DNA of 63,334 bases, the filler included, from Choristocarpus tenellus KU-1152 (Eukaryota; Protista; Phaeophyceae): the NCBI GenBank assembly GCA_964200185.2. It is 13 parts of 13 records of this genome, joined end to end, with 100 filler letters (N's around TTAATTAATTAA, not from the genome) between each part and the next. Parts side by side here need not be neighbours in the genome. Positions count along the whole stretch, not along the records: positions 46,930 to 54,114 come from CAXNAD020006570.1; positions 54,215 to 57,198 come from CAXNAD020023155.1; positions 57,299 to 60,498 come from CAXNAD020021595.1; positions 60,599 to 63,334 come from CAXNAD020025190.1; 9 more parts are not named here. One strand, given 5' to 3'. The position numbers and the translations under genes are program-made. Shown in pieces: positions 50,701-63,236 of this stretch. Every line of letters begins with the position of its first letter. Within the stretch, counting starts at the first letter, position 1. Under the pieces are notes generated by a model. It had not been told where the DNA came from. It did no database searches and was given only the letters and a program-made list of their open reading frames with translations.

Positions 50701-52339
50701 TTTGATGCTGTACAATTTTGAATCCAAATACAAGGATTTCACGACCACATTCCCTATACACATTAACGGCACCCAAGTGCAGAACTGGAAACAATCAGAC
50801 TCAGGAAGGAACCAAGGAATAGGATTAACTTGCCCAGGCAAGTGTGAGATAAAATTACGTAATCGCAATTGGCAATAATACACGTGCTAGGGAGATGCCA
50901 AAATTGGGACGAGAATTGACCTGTGGTGCAATGATTATGAAAAAAAAAGTAGATACTGGACCTAGCAGAATAATCCTTGCATGTTCCTCAAAACCATTGC
51001 ATCTTTAGACATACAGACTCAGAGACACACCTCGAGGCAACCGTAGATGGCCCCTGGTACCCGCGAGAGCACTCGCCGAAAAGTGGTTGCTCGAGTCGGC
51101 CCATCCACTTGTAGGTCCAACGTTATGCCCTTCTTGCCTTGGAACCACTTATCATCACTAGATTCGAGGAGAGCACTCACCAATTCCTCTAGTCCCCAGG
51201 TCTCCTTCTTTACACCTTTCAGTCTTTCATCCTCCAAGTCCAATTCCAACTCTTCCTCGAAGCTACGCCTGTGCAGCGGGTTGGGGCCCAGGATGGTCAC
51301 TTCTAGTTTCGGAGGAACGGGGAAATGCATTCCTGTACAACTGTTGTCTCAAGATAAGCGTGACAACAGAAGGGTTGCACGAAATGTGTCTTCTGTTTAG
51401 TAAGAAATACTGCAGTTCCGTTTGGGTCCAAAATTTTTCCAGGTGAGAACAGTCTAATGGTGGTGAGCAAACCAAACCCTCACAACTATAAATGAAACAT
51501 TATTGGGTCAGGTCCTGGAGTCTACTTAATGGATGGAAGAAGAAATGATAAAAATGCTGTCCAAATCCGTGTCCTTCTGCTCACCCCTCGGGAGTGCCAA
51601 GAATCTCAAGGTGGTCCAGCACCCAAATCCAATTTCCAGGGAGCATTTCCCCAACAACGAATACCTGCTCCCCATGTCCCCTCCCACCGTCTGTTGCCCA
51701 CCATCCTCGGAACCAAGACCCGATGAGGTGCAAATCGGCACTTGAGAGTAGATCGTCGTCATCCTTCTCGCCTTCAATCATGATCCTCCACGTCTGTCGA
51801 AGGGCGTGGAAGAGATAGGCACAATCCCCCTCCCCACCAGAGTAAAGCCAGGTGAGGTTTACAAAGCATGCGTCTGTAACGGCCTTGCACAAGAGTAGCG
51901 CCTTGCGGTCACGGCATTCCAGAGCAATAGTCAGGATAACACTTAGACTTTCAACCAGATTTCCCTTTGGTGATGATGAGCATTCCTCCATTTTCGACCC
52001 AACACACCGCCTGGGGTTTAGCGCTCTGGCCATATCTGTTGGGTCAAAAAAATATGGGGTATTCTTGCCACATGGGCTCAAGAGAGAGAGAGGGTCACGC
52101 CTATTCATAGCAGTGTCGAGTTTTCCTCGGCCGTCACTACAATTTGCAAGCATCGTATCCAATGTACCATAGTTCTCGTTGAGGTGAGCCTCTCCCCAGT
52201 CCTTTTCTTCCCCTGTTCCAGCACATTGTCCTCTTAAGTTGGTGAGCAAGGCCATTTGACAACTGACTCCAGTAGAAGAGGAGTTGGACGGGGTCAGTAC
52301 ACCGAATATTGTGCCCTTGGATGAGTAGTATATCTTCAC
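47729..52339 (-). CDS. Unknown multi-exon protein (large exons about 52339-51585 and 51332-51031; small candidate exons to about 47730)
   Basis: 252-aa and 103-aa ORFs with globular-like composition ending at GT donors; exon phases not fully reconciled; no family recognised. Confidence 0.45.
48330..49100 (-). mobile_element. Decayed CRE-like non-LTR fragment (post-RT region)
   Basis: GC-richer broken frames 'EALGPAMVRRRALERLGG...' resemble the region upstream of the RLE in the 35040-36040 fragment. Confidence 0.35.
49841..49935 (+). repeat. (GAATT)19 perfect pentanucleotide microsatellite
   Basis: Read directly. Confidence 0.97.
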
Positions 52340-53869
52340 CTTTCACCTTACTTACGATAGTTGTACTTTGGTCAAGACCTTGTTAAGGATACTTCTTGTT
52401 GTGTTGATAATCTGTGAAAGACCATTAGAAGATAGGTTTGTCACAACATCCTGGAACGTGATGGATCACAATGGTATTGGAGGGTACTATTGACGGTAGT
52501 AGTACTATTATGTTGTATGTTCTTCATCATCACAACATTTCAAGTGAATAAGTATTGTATTATTAAGGGAGTTATTCCTACTCCAATTTTGGACTTAAAG
52601 TAGAATCAACATCAAAACAATTTCGAAACGTCGTTCCAACCAACCAACGAATTTGACATGCATTTGACATCGGAGTTATTAGTTAGGTTCGTTGAAAGGT
52701 ATTTTTAATCATTTTTTTCAGTTGGACAGACTGGAAACCTCTCAACATTCAACTGCTACTCCTGTTCTACCATTCATTGTTGTACACTTTCCTTTCGTCA
52801 TGAACTCTGGATAGTAGATTAGTTACCGTTGTCTTATCCTTCTATCCATTCTGCTCCTCGTCAACCAACGTCACACCATTTATTTCTTCCTTTCCACACG
52901 GCCCTCCCCACACAAACCTTGTTACCCACAAACTATGTGTCCAATTTCTTATTTTCTGGTGTGCCCAATTTCCGCTTACCCAGTCACCAACCACAACGAA
53001 CGGGCAATTCGGTGTATCCTCTCATCAACTAATACGCCCAATTTCCGAACATCCGACGGGATCAATTCCCGCGAATTCCACTAATCAATCAGAATGTGTC
53101 CAATTTCCACGAATCCATTCCTCCTCCAATAATCCCCCCAAACCACTCTACCTCCATCCATGACACCCCACCACACTCCACAACACTCCAGTAGATCCAA
53201 CAATACCCCCCAATCATCTGGTCCCATACCATGTGTTTGAAGGTAGAAGACATCTTCTACCCCGCAACACAACTTGACTATCCCCCCCCCACCAAACTTC
53301 CCACTCAATCGCTAGCAATTGAGAGGGTGAGCAAGTGGGACAGTTGTTCTAAAAAAGTTGCCTTGGTCCTGCCCCGTCTTCCTATTATCTCTGGCTTTGA
53401 CTTTTACCTTTCGTTCTGTCTTGGTCCCTCTTATGCCTCATATATTCTCCTCCCACTAATTCCCATTAACTTCTCGATTACACTGTCCACCTTTCCACTC
53501 TCTTTCTACAATCCTTACCTTTTTCTTATTATTATTATGCGAAGAGTTAAGTCAGTAAATTATCTACCACTACTCCGAATTCTCACTCTCACAAACTCAG
53601 ATTACTTCGTTTTCCCTTCTTTTTCAATATTTTCTATTTGTGGAGAATGACCGATTCCGCATTTTGTCTCTGACATCACCTTTTTTTTATATCGCTTAAT
53701 TTTTCTGATAGTCGAAACTATTTTGTGATACGCATCGGGAATTAAAGTGATGATTTCCATACTGTTTGTATTAATTGATACGTGATTTGACGAGAAAAAC
53801 TACTGGAAATATATTTTGTATGAAAGAAACAATGGGACAAGGGCTTCCTCCTGCAAGTTACGTTTACAG

Positions 53870-54075
53870 AAGTGGAAGTAGTTTCCCATCTACCCCATTC
53901 ATCCACCAGCAACAACGGTGTATCTGCTGCTGCTGCAGCTGAGGCTTGAAAACGTACCCACTAGGAGGGTTCTTTTGATCATCCTTGTAATTTTAACCTC
54001 AACACCTACACAGTGAGTGGAAAGTTTTGGGCACCTCAGTAAGCAAGCAGAAAGTTTTCTGGATGAGTTGGCTAA
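53870..54075 (+). mobile_element. CRE-like RLE fragment
   Basis: DNA is similar to the reverse complement of 35065-35260 (e.g. AAGCAAGCAGAAAGTTT.TGGATGAG). Confidence 0.7.
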
Positions 54076-54220
54076 GTATTCGGTAGTAGGGGGGAGTGGG
54101 GGGGGGGGCTACAGNNNNNNNNNNNNNNNNNNNNNNNNNNNNNNNNNNNNNNNNNNNNTTAATTAATTAANNNNNNNNNNNNNNNNNNNNNNNNNNNNNN
54201 NNNNNNNNNNNNNNGTGAAG

Positions 54221-54250
54221 CCCCCCCCCCCCCCAGATACTTTTGATCTC
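54221..54250. mobile_element. MITE terminus near contig start
   Basis: C-tract followed by CAGATACTTTTGATCTC. Confidence 0.65.
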
Positions 54251-55029
54251 TTGTTAGCCCTAACGTAACTTCCATCTTCCTTCCCTCTGTATCACTATTT
54301 CTGGTGCCCCCGTTGTTACTTCTCCTATTGTTCCCCCGATCCTGCCTGAGTGTAGGCCGTACTCCTCCAGTCTCAAATTGAGTTCCCTTCCAATATTCCT
54401 CAGGATGCATGTTGCCTGATTTCTTAAACTCGCCTTCCACTTCTCATCATCATCATCCCTACAGATCATTAACAGGGTGTCAGGTGGTAGGTCTGAGAAA
54501 CATTCCATGATTGCTACCACGATCTCAAATCCCCCCATCACCTCCTCACCCTCCTGCTCTCTAACTTTTTACGTTGCTGTTGCCACTTCATTCCCTGATC
54601 CCGTTTTGACCTTGTGAATATCACCTCTACCTTCTGTGCCTGGTGTCTAATCTTTCAATCCAACCTGATTACTCCTTTCCTAAACACCACACCTCTCCTC
54701 CTTGCTGCAACTCGTCAAGTACTTCCCCTTCCTCGCCACATGCTCACGATTCTGAGACTCTCGCTAGAATGAAGAATTGAGAATCCTGGACCAAGACTCA
54801 TCAATTCTCCTCCCATTCCTAACATTGTGATGCACTGTTTCGTCTCCATTATAATCCTCCATATCAGTGGTGTCCTAATCTTGGGGTGGTTACCCACCTC
54901 TGTATGACTCCTACTTACACCCTTTGACACCAAGGACAAGAGGAAATGTTGTGTTGGCAGTTGTAAGCTGAGGAAATGTTTGTGTCGTAGTATTGAATTG
55001 CTGAAATCTTACTCTTTATTTTACCTACT

Positions 55030-55207
55030 GACCCAAAATATCTAGGGGGGGGGGTGGTCTACATCAGGGTGTCCATTTGGGGCATAACCAGGAAAAGTGC
55101 ATTTACATTATCCATCCGACATGTGCAACCAAGTCACACATAAATCACGACATCAAAAATTTAACCCCAAATGGACAGCTGCCACCCCAACCCAGATACT
55201 TTGAGCC
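55030..55207. mobile_element. MITE family A, complete (178 bp), TSD TACT
   Basis: GACCCAAAATATCT...AGATACTTTGAGCC flanked by TACT. Confidence 0.93.
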
Positions 55208-56049
55208 TACTCGGTTTCACCACATCCAGCTCCTGACTCCAGGGATCCAGGCACCTACTCAATCCTCCAACCAATTCTCCTTTTCCTGGACATGTTCCAC
55301 TACAAATGACCATTCCCCTGCATCCTTGGGTACTTCCAGTACCCAAATCAACCCCCCTGCCCTCCTATGCCTTGCCCCGCCACACTTTCCAAATCAATGC
55401 AGTACTGATTTACCATCACCCCTTAGTAAGACCAGGTCTCCTTTCTTCTGGGCCTTACCTTACCCGTCACTACCAGCAAGCACTTGCTCACTACTATCCC
55501 CAAAAGTTCCAGTACACCAATCGAGATGCTACCTCTTTCCTACACTTTTCGGAAATTCCTCCACCACGTACCCGTTTCTACATTGTATCCCCCTACTGCT
55601 GTAGGGCACTCATCTGAAAATCAAATCGTCATCAGTGGTGGGTGAATTCAGGTTTTCCTCCAGCTTTGGTAGTCCCAATCTACCACCCACCTCCACCACT
55701 ACAGACCTTCGTTAAATTCCTTTGCCTGCCCTGACTTGTCTATTCCCTTCACTCACTTCTGCACTTGTTCTCTTTGACCCCTGCTTTGTGCTATCCTCCA
55801 CAGTCAAACCCCATTCTGGTGTAGCCCCAACAGATACACCAGCCGCCATAGGATGTAACGGCCAGGAGGGATAATGTCAGACGCATGGAAAGGTTTTCTG
55901 AACCCACACATCCTGTACCCGTGCTACTGTCCTTGACTCATGCCACCCTTCTATGAACTCCTTCAGTCCCACTCTTTACTCTCTGGCGACACAAATGCAA
56001 TGAACTTGGTATCAATCTTCCACCCAACTACTACTTGTGAGCTTCTTGG

Positions 56050-56780
56050 CTGAGTGGATGAGGAGTTCATCTACTTTCCTAGGGCCCCACAGTCGGATGT
56101 GGAAAGACACTAGGGAGTTTGTCACCAATTGCAATCTCCTCCCATCCTCAAACCAATGGATTTGTACAAGAATACTGTTGTGTCCATTTGATGACAGCCA
56201 GTTGTGCTGATGGAATTGCAATGAGATGGACACACACAGAATCAAGGAGAAAAAGAAAAGGTGAGATCCGTCAAGCTGGACGATCAAGGCACCCTCAAGA
56301 CAGTGTGTGCAACTGCAGGAACAAGGTGCGCGTGGATAAACCTGAACTGACAAGAAACTCAACAGCTGCAGGTCAAGTCCGATGCTTGAATTGGAGCTGT
56401 TCACAACACAACACAACCAATGAGAGTCATTCATGATGACCTCAAAGCAGCAAGACTCTCTGAAGAGGGTCTCAATGAAATTATCATCACTCAAGAGGGC
56501 CTGAGACAGAGACAAAGATTCCATGGGGATTTTTTCCAGAGCTGGACTTGAGGACCCATTGTGATTTAACAGTGAATCATGAGGACTGTCAGCAATATTG
56601 TCCATGAGAGAATTGCACTTGGATATGTCGTCAGACTCGAAACCCAGTAGATCCTGGGTAAAATTCTTTTTCTGAGATGCATCATTGGAATCTGACATTG
56701 GAAATATATCTCACACTCAGCAAACAGGAAAGATCTTGAGTGAAATTCTCAACCTGAGATGTGCCACCGGAGGGGTCTCT
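56050..56780 (+). mobile_element. Possible decayed MULE/FAR1-like transposase N-terminus
   Basis: 'EYCCVH..SVCNCRNKVRV..TQHN' followed by 'ARLSEEGLNEII' resembles a FAR1-type C2H2 DNA-binding domain; many stops. Confidence 0.3.
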
Positions 56781-57368
56781 CACCTGTTCTCCACATAGTA
56801 TTGAGTTTTACAATAATAGGGTTAAGGTATGTAGTACTTAATAGTGTGTATAAAGTATAGCTCTCTTACTAGTTTTTATATTAATAATAAGTATATTTAA
56901 AGCTCAAATTAAAAAAGATTAATTGTAGTTCTACTTGCAGAGTGGTAGTTTCGTCGGTTAAATTGTTACAGCAGTTGTATATCGTCTACTTCATTTGACA
57001 AATATAATTAATATAGAGTCTGTAGTAATAAAAAGAATAGCTGACAATGGTAGATGGAGTTGATATAATAACATGACCACAACATGTAGGACTTCATCTA
57101 TTCAGCATCAGTTCGAAGAGTTTGCAGGGCATTTTGCCTCTGGAAAACCAGTGTGTGTGTGTGTGTGTACAAGAAAGAACCTCTTGCACAGGGGGGGGNN
57201 NNNNNNNNNNNNNNNNNNNNNNNNNNNNNNNNNNNNNNNNNNTTAATTAATTAANNNNNNNNNNNNNNNNNNNNNNNNNNNNNNNNNNNNNNNNNNNNCC
57301 CCCCCTCCCAGCACCCCCATGATACCGTTACGATACCTTGGTTTTCTGAGCCGAGCATGTGGCATCAC

Positions 57369-58669
57369 CTGGTTGAAGACCTGCTCATCAGCCTTGATGC
57401 AGTTCTGCACAATACTCTCCACCTCCTCTAGCTGCTTTAGGTTCAACGCCTTCCCATGACTGAAGTCAAACCTACACACAAAACAAAAATATAACAAATG
57501 TGAATAACAAAAAGGTATCATAGTGAGGCAGTCAACCCGCCTGCATACTAATATGAAAACTGTACATGGCGTGATATATAGAGTAAGACAAGAGTGTAAC
57601 TGGGATAAGATTGTAGTATTAGTTAAGGAAGTCACAGGGTTTAGGGTTAGGCATTTTATCTCTGGATTAATATATGTATAGATATAGATATAGATATATA
57701 CACGTAAGAACTGAAGATAAAATTAAGGCAACCAACTTATATATTGATTTAAAGATGTTAAAGGTAATCGATAAGCGATGATAATATCATTCAATAGTTA
57801 GCAGTAGGCATATTTACAAGTTCACACCTACTCTAGTGTATCATTTTTCAATTCATTATATTTAATACTTGATGTTTTTAGACACTAAAGCAAAGCATAA
57901 AAAAATAAAACTGCAACAAAGAGGACTTTGAGACAAGAGATAACTTAAAGAACTAAATCTCTCTCTCTCTCTATATATATATATATGCATTGATGCATGT
58001 AGTAATATGTACACCAATTAATCCATCCACATCCCTACCAATAATACCCACTAAAGGCAAACTACAATTCCAGATTCTGCATGCTCTCAAGCATGACGTC
58101 AACACTTACATTTTCTACATACAAATAAATAAAATATACTTCTAACAAAGAGATGCAACATGCTAAAAAATATATCTAACTCTGGAACACATCTCACAAA
58201 AAAAATGGGAGGGATACTACTTTACTACAATCAGACAAGTCGTCTCCATGACAATAGTACTCCATACACACACCTCTACAATATCTGATACCTCACCCTC
58301 TTCTATATATATATACATACATACATACTTACATAATAAATACTTGCATACATACACCTTTTTTTTTTAAACATAATTTTTTTTAAATAGATTTATTCAA
58401 AAAATAAGAATACAAAAATATGATCTTTAAAAAAAAAACATTACCCTTGAAAACTTACTTCTTGATCTTTTTCTTTTTTTCCTCTCACAAAAAATAAAAA
58501 TCATCACCTTAGCTTCTCCTCCGTGACCATGGATCCCTTTTGATCCACGTTAGGCCCCAGCACCTTCCTGAGAGCAGCATTCAGCACGTGTGTCATGGTA
58601 TGGTTGGGTGCCACCTTGGCACGTTTGAGGTAGTCGACCTCACACCTCACGCCGTCGCCCACCTTCAAA
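57369..58669 (-). CDS. AARS: Alanyl-tRNA synthetase, editing-domain exons (58669-58508, 57471-57369)
   Basis: '[51 protein letters not shown]' (HxxxH and QKGS motifs). Confidence 0.93.
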
Positions 58670-58974
58670 CTTCGTTAACATTTTTTTTATTTTAAGAAAA
58701 AAAAGGACAAAAAATCAATAAAGAAATATTTTGTTTCTCTTTTTACAAGCAGCAGCAGCAGCAACAGCATAATATTAAATATATATATATATATGTATTA
58801 TAGGGTTAGGGTTAGTAGACAGTTACAAAAAAAGTACAAAATTATTTTCTTCTGGCTCTTGTGATCTTTACTAATACATTTTATTTTATACAGAAATAGC
58901 GGATAAGAGGAAACAATACAAACGATGCCTACTGTCACATTTGTATTAAAAATAAAAAAAGATTTTTTGGCAAG

Positions 58975-59233
58975 GTATATATACATATACATATATATAT
59001 ACATATACATATATATATACATACATATACACATATACATACACATATACATATATACATACATATATATATACATATATACATATATACACATAAATAT
59101 ATACATAAATACATACATACATATACATACATATATACACATAAATATATACATATATACATACATAAATATACATATATACATACATACATATACATAC
59201 ATATAATATATACATATATATATATAAATATAT
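58975..59233. repeat. (ATAC/ATAT)n low-complexity tract
   Basis: Read directly. Confidence 0.95.
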
Positions 59234-59351
59234 ACAAAAAAATACTACCGTGTTGCTATGTTAAGTTGAGTGTTTTCCCCCTCCCCCCTCACAAACCGTC
59301 CTAAGAATCTCTCAAGTACAACACAAAATAATAAATATTGCATCGAGAAGA

Positions 59352-59755
59352 AACAATAACAATAATAATAATAATAATAATAACAATAATAATAATAACA
59401 AAACAATAATAATAATATTAATAATAATAATAACAATAATAATAATATTAATAATAATAACAATATTAAAAATAATAATAACAAAATTAGTAACAGTAAC
59501 AATAATAATAATAATAAAATTAATAACAATAATAATAATAACAATATTAAAAATAATAGTAACAATAATAATAACAAAATTAGTAACAGTAACAATAATA
59601 ATAATAATAATAATAATAACAATAACAAAATTAGTAACAGTAACAATAATAATAACAATAATAACAACAAAAACAACAAAATTGGTAACAGTAACAATAA
59701 TAATAATAACAAAATTAATAACAATAACAATAATAATAATAACAATAACAATATA
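59352..59755. repeat. (AAT/AAC)n compound repeat with recurring AAAATTAGTAACAGTAAC unit
   Basis: Read directly. Confidence 0.95.
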
Positions 59756-60402
59756 TATATGAAGGGGGAGGATGGGGTCGGGAAGGGGGAAGGGGAACAA
59801 GATGGTAGGATACTCCAGTTACTACTATTTATTAAAAAACTATGTATTTAAAAGTAAACTTTTTTCTGTGCTCAAATAAAAAGAATTTAACACTCTACAT
59901 TGAGTATTCATTCATGAGACTGAAGAAAAAGGATACTACCTAAGAGTTTTTTTTATGTTTTTACACACATAACTCCATACAAACAAAGAGTAACAAAAAC
60001 AATCATATATACCACATATTGTAAGCAATGATGGAAACAGTTTCAAGATGATAATTCCTAGAAAAAAATATCTAAGGATCAAAAAAGCACACAAGAGAAA
60101 ATGTTACAACTTTACAAGTCCCTTTCACACTATTAAAAAACAACTGTGCATCTGTTCACAGAACATGATACAAACATCCATGACTACTGCCAAAAAAATA
60201 TGTCAGTCCAGAAACTTCCACAACCTTTTTCCAGTGCTTCATAGAAACGGGATGGGATAAGAAAACCGGAAAATGTAAGAAAAAAAAAATGTAAGAAAAA
60301 CCCAGAATTTTGCAACAAAATTTGTTGCCACTGGGCAAGGGTCTAACGCTAACCCTCCCAATCAAAATGAACAAAATCCGCTCCCCTCCAGAAAATAACG
60401 GT

Positions 60403-60428
60403 CCTAACCCTAACCCTAACCCTAACCC
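60403..60428 (-). repeat. Telomere-like (TTAGGG) x about 4
   Basis: CCTAACCCTAACCCTAACCCTAACCC. Confidence 0.8.
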
Positions 60429-60454
60429 TGACTGACTCTCCTTCCCCCCCCCCC

Positions 60455-60494
<40 letters not shown>

Positions 60495-63236
60495 ACCCNN
60501 NNNNNNNNNNNNNNNNNNNNNNNNNNNNNNNNNNNNNNNNNNTTAATTAATTAANNNNNNNNNNNNNNNNNNNNNNNNNNNNNNNNNNNNNNNNNNNNCA
60601 CAGGAGTAGGTAGATGGGAAGATAAGGAAGACAGTAGTACAATATTTGATACAGGTGAAGTAACTGATTAGTGGTTTCCACACAATGTTTTATAGTGTTC
60701 TTATGTTTAGGGTATTTTATTTCCTTAGGGCTAACAACGACATATATATAGTTTTCATTGGTTTGACACATCTGCAAAATGTCAGAGGGCATAATAATAA
60801 ATATAACTACTACTATTAACTGACTGGAAATGGAGAAGTAAAGATATATTACGTTCGTGAAAGTTATATCCATTTCTGTCAAAATTAGATGAGTGTAAGA
60901 TTTTGGTGTTATGCTAGGTCGGTTGGTCCTTCATTTATAATTATATCGTAAAGAATTACTGCGACCACTTGAAGTTTCTAACTCCGATCAAAGAGGCAAT
61001 ATCTAGATGTTCTATATAGAACTATAGCTTGATTCCAATAGACGTCAGAATCTAAGTCCACACAGATCTATCGACCCATAACATCATTACACTTATCTTA
61101 AACTGAATGTGGAACATCTAAAATCTGATTCTTAACCAATCCGAAATGATACAATATGTCCATAATCTAATATTGAGAACCAGTGATACCTTCGTATAGT
61201 CTATTGACAGACAACACCATAAAGCTTATGTTTGACTTCCTCCATTTTTCATCCACACACAGTATTGTAATTGAGTGAACTTCCTTGTCAACCTTACTCG
61301 TATCCTCCACACTTGACGTTGCCCAACCTGCTAAGCGATCATATGGCTCCTGAGTTGTTCGCCCGCATCACCAGAGATACATCAGGGGGAAACTCATCGT
61401 TGCCTGCTCTGGTGGATCTAGTCGAAGGTTGCGGGATCGCAAAGAGATCAGTTGGACGGGGTCCGCAAAGGTGGACTGATCACTTGGTTGGAGATACCAG
61501 GAGCTGCCATCGATATTCAGCGCACGGACACCAGGGAAAAGAAGGACATAGACATAGCGCTTCGATATCTAAAGGACAAGAGTCGAACTCGACGACCAGC
61601 GACGTTCTGTCCCCACTCAGAATTTCTGTTCATGGTCCTTGGGGACAGAGATCCTCTTGGGAACACAGCAACCAGGGTCGTGCCAGCATGTCAGGTAAGC
61701 AGACTTCGGGGTGGTATCAATTTGATACTCCAGAGTAACGATGTAAAATTGCACGTGTGGCAATCAGACGCAGTTAGTTAATAAGGGGACAATCCTACGC
61801 TGTCTTCCCATTGCCTGACAATGTTTCCTTTGAGACCCTCGTCCTCGTCCGTGTCGGAGTTCGTACCCTCCTCCACGTCAGTACGTCTCCTATCCCATCC
61901 TTCACACACAAGCCTGTTTAGAAATAACATGCTTCCAAGCATATAGCTCTGTGTACGTACACGCTTTTTTTGCGCATGTTGTGCACATTACATATGCATA
62001 AAATTGTAGAACAAACTTGCGATGTGTACACTCACTTTTTTGTCATTATATCTGTCATTTCTGAACATATCATACGGACACATCCTCAGGAACAAACAGA
62101 GGAGTCAATAGGGAGATCAAGGAGGGTGCCATCGAAGGATCTAACAAGAAAACCATTTGGAGCAGTTTTTCGACGATATTACAGGGATCCGAGGGCGATG
62201 CCTGTTTTGCACCACAAGGCTATAACTCAACCGGTGAGTGTGATAGAGAAGGTGAATGCAAGGTATTGCACTACTACTGTGCGTGGTACGAAGTATGAGG
62301 CCACTTATATGCAATATTCCCCGGAGTAGCTGATAGAAGTGTCCCTGGTGAGAAGAGAGACAGACAATGAACTAGTGTAGATCATATGCACGTTTTTCGA
62401 AGCAGGTGCACTACGTCGCTTTTCTTACTACAATCGGCCATTGCTGGGGTAATGCCAACCTCTCAAGGGTGTTAGGATGCGGAAGAACAAAACATGCTAT
62501 ATTTCTGTGTATTTTTTTTTATCTCTTCGTACTATTTGCGTTGAAGGTTGCCTCCAGTGACTCCGTGAGGATTTTGCACGGGCTTTGTATCCTCCCCATT
62601 AAGATTGGCTTACTCCTCCCAACGTGCACATCCCCAACTGTTAATGGCAATTCCGCTTCATCCTCTTCCCTCTCTCTGGTCCGTCTGTGCATTCCTCTTT
62701 TGCTCTATGCACTGCAATTCTATTTTAGGTAGGTAAGTTTAACGATTGATCCAAGATGCCCCACGTGGGCACATCTGATGTTGTCGAGATTGCCCATACT
62801 ATTGTGATCCAGGAGTTACATTTGTTCAGTGCAGCTGTAGTTTGGGTACGTGCATTAGTAGCACTATTGTAGAGTGGAGTACCACTGCACGCTATCTTCG
62901 GCGCGATTTTGCGAACGATCACTTCCTACAGTAGTTCAGTTATGTGTAGGTTTCTAGATCAACATGGAAGTATATTATCTGATTTGTTGGCCTTAGCATC
63001 CCCTCCCCCCTCACAAATTTTCTAATTTTGAAGTGACGTGGTGTGCTGTTCAGGGAGTAGGTTGATCTTGTTTTTAGTTATTAGGTAATGCATTGGCCTT
63101 GTGATCTCATTTCGTCAGACTTATGCCTCTATGCTGGCAGTATCACCCATATCTTGACACAAATATAGAACCCCTCTGGCAGTGAATGACCTACACTGAT
63201 ATTGCTGTTGTGGGAGGAAGGTTGCCACAATATTGT

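Noticed and set aside
54260-55900. Possible LINE remnant
   Set aside because: Strand-biased composition is suggestive, but I could not identify RT or endonuclease motifs.
56012-56698. 228-aa minus-strand ORF as a gene
   Set aside because: No recognisable motif; the opposite strand looks more like a decayed transposase.
58798-59800. Long poly-L/I/Y ORFs
   Set aside because: Translations of simple repeats.
4954-60598. TTAATTAATTAA palindrome recurring 12 times
   Set aside because: Always centred in N44 blocks; an artificial six-frame-stop linker. ORFs running into it and cross-contig gene neighbourhoods are artefacts.
60599-63230. ORFs in the last contig
   Set aside because: No recognisable domain or consistent exon structure.
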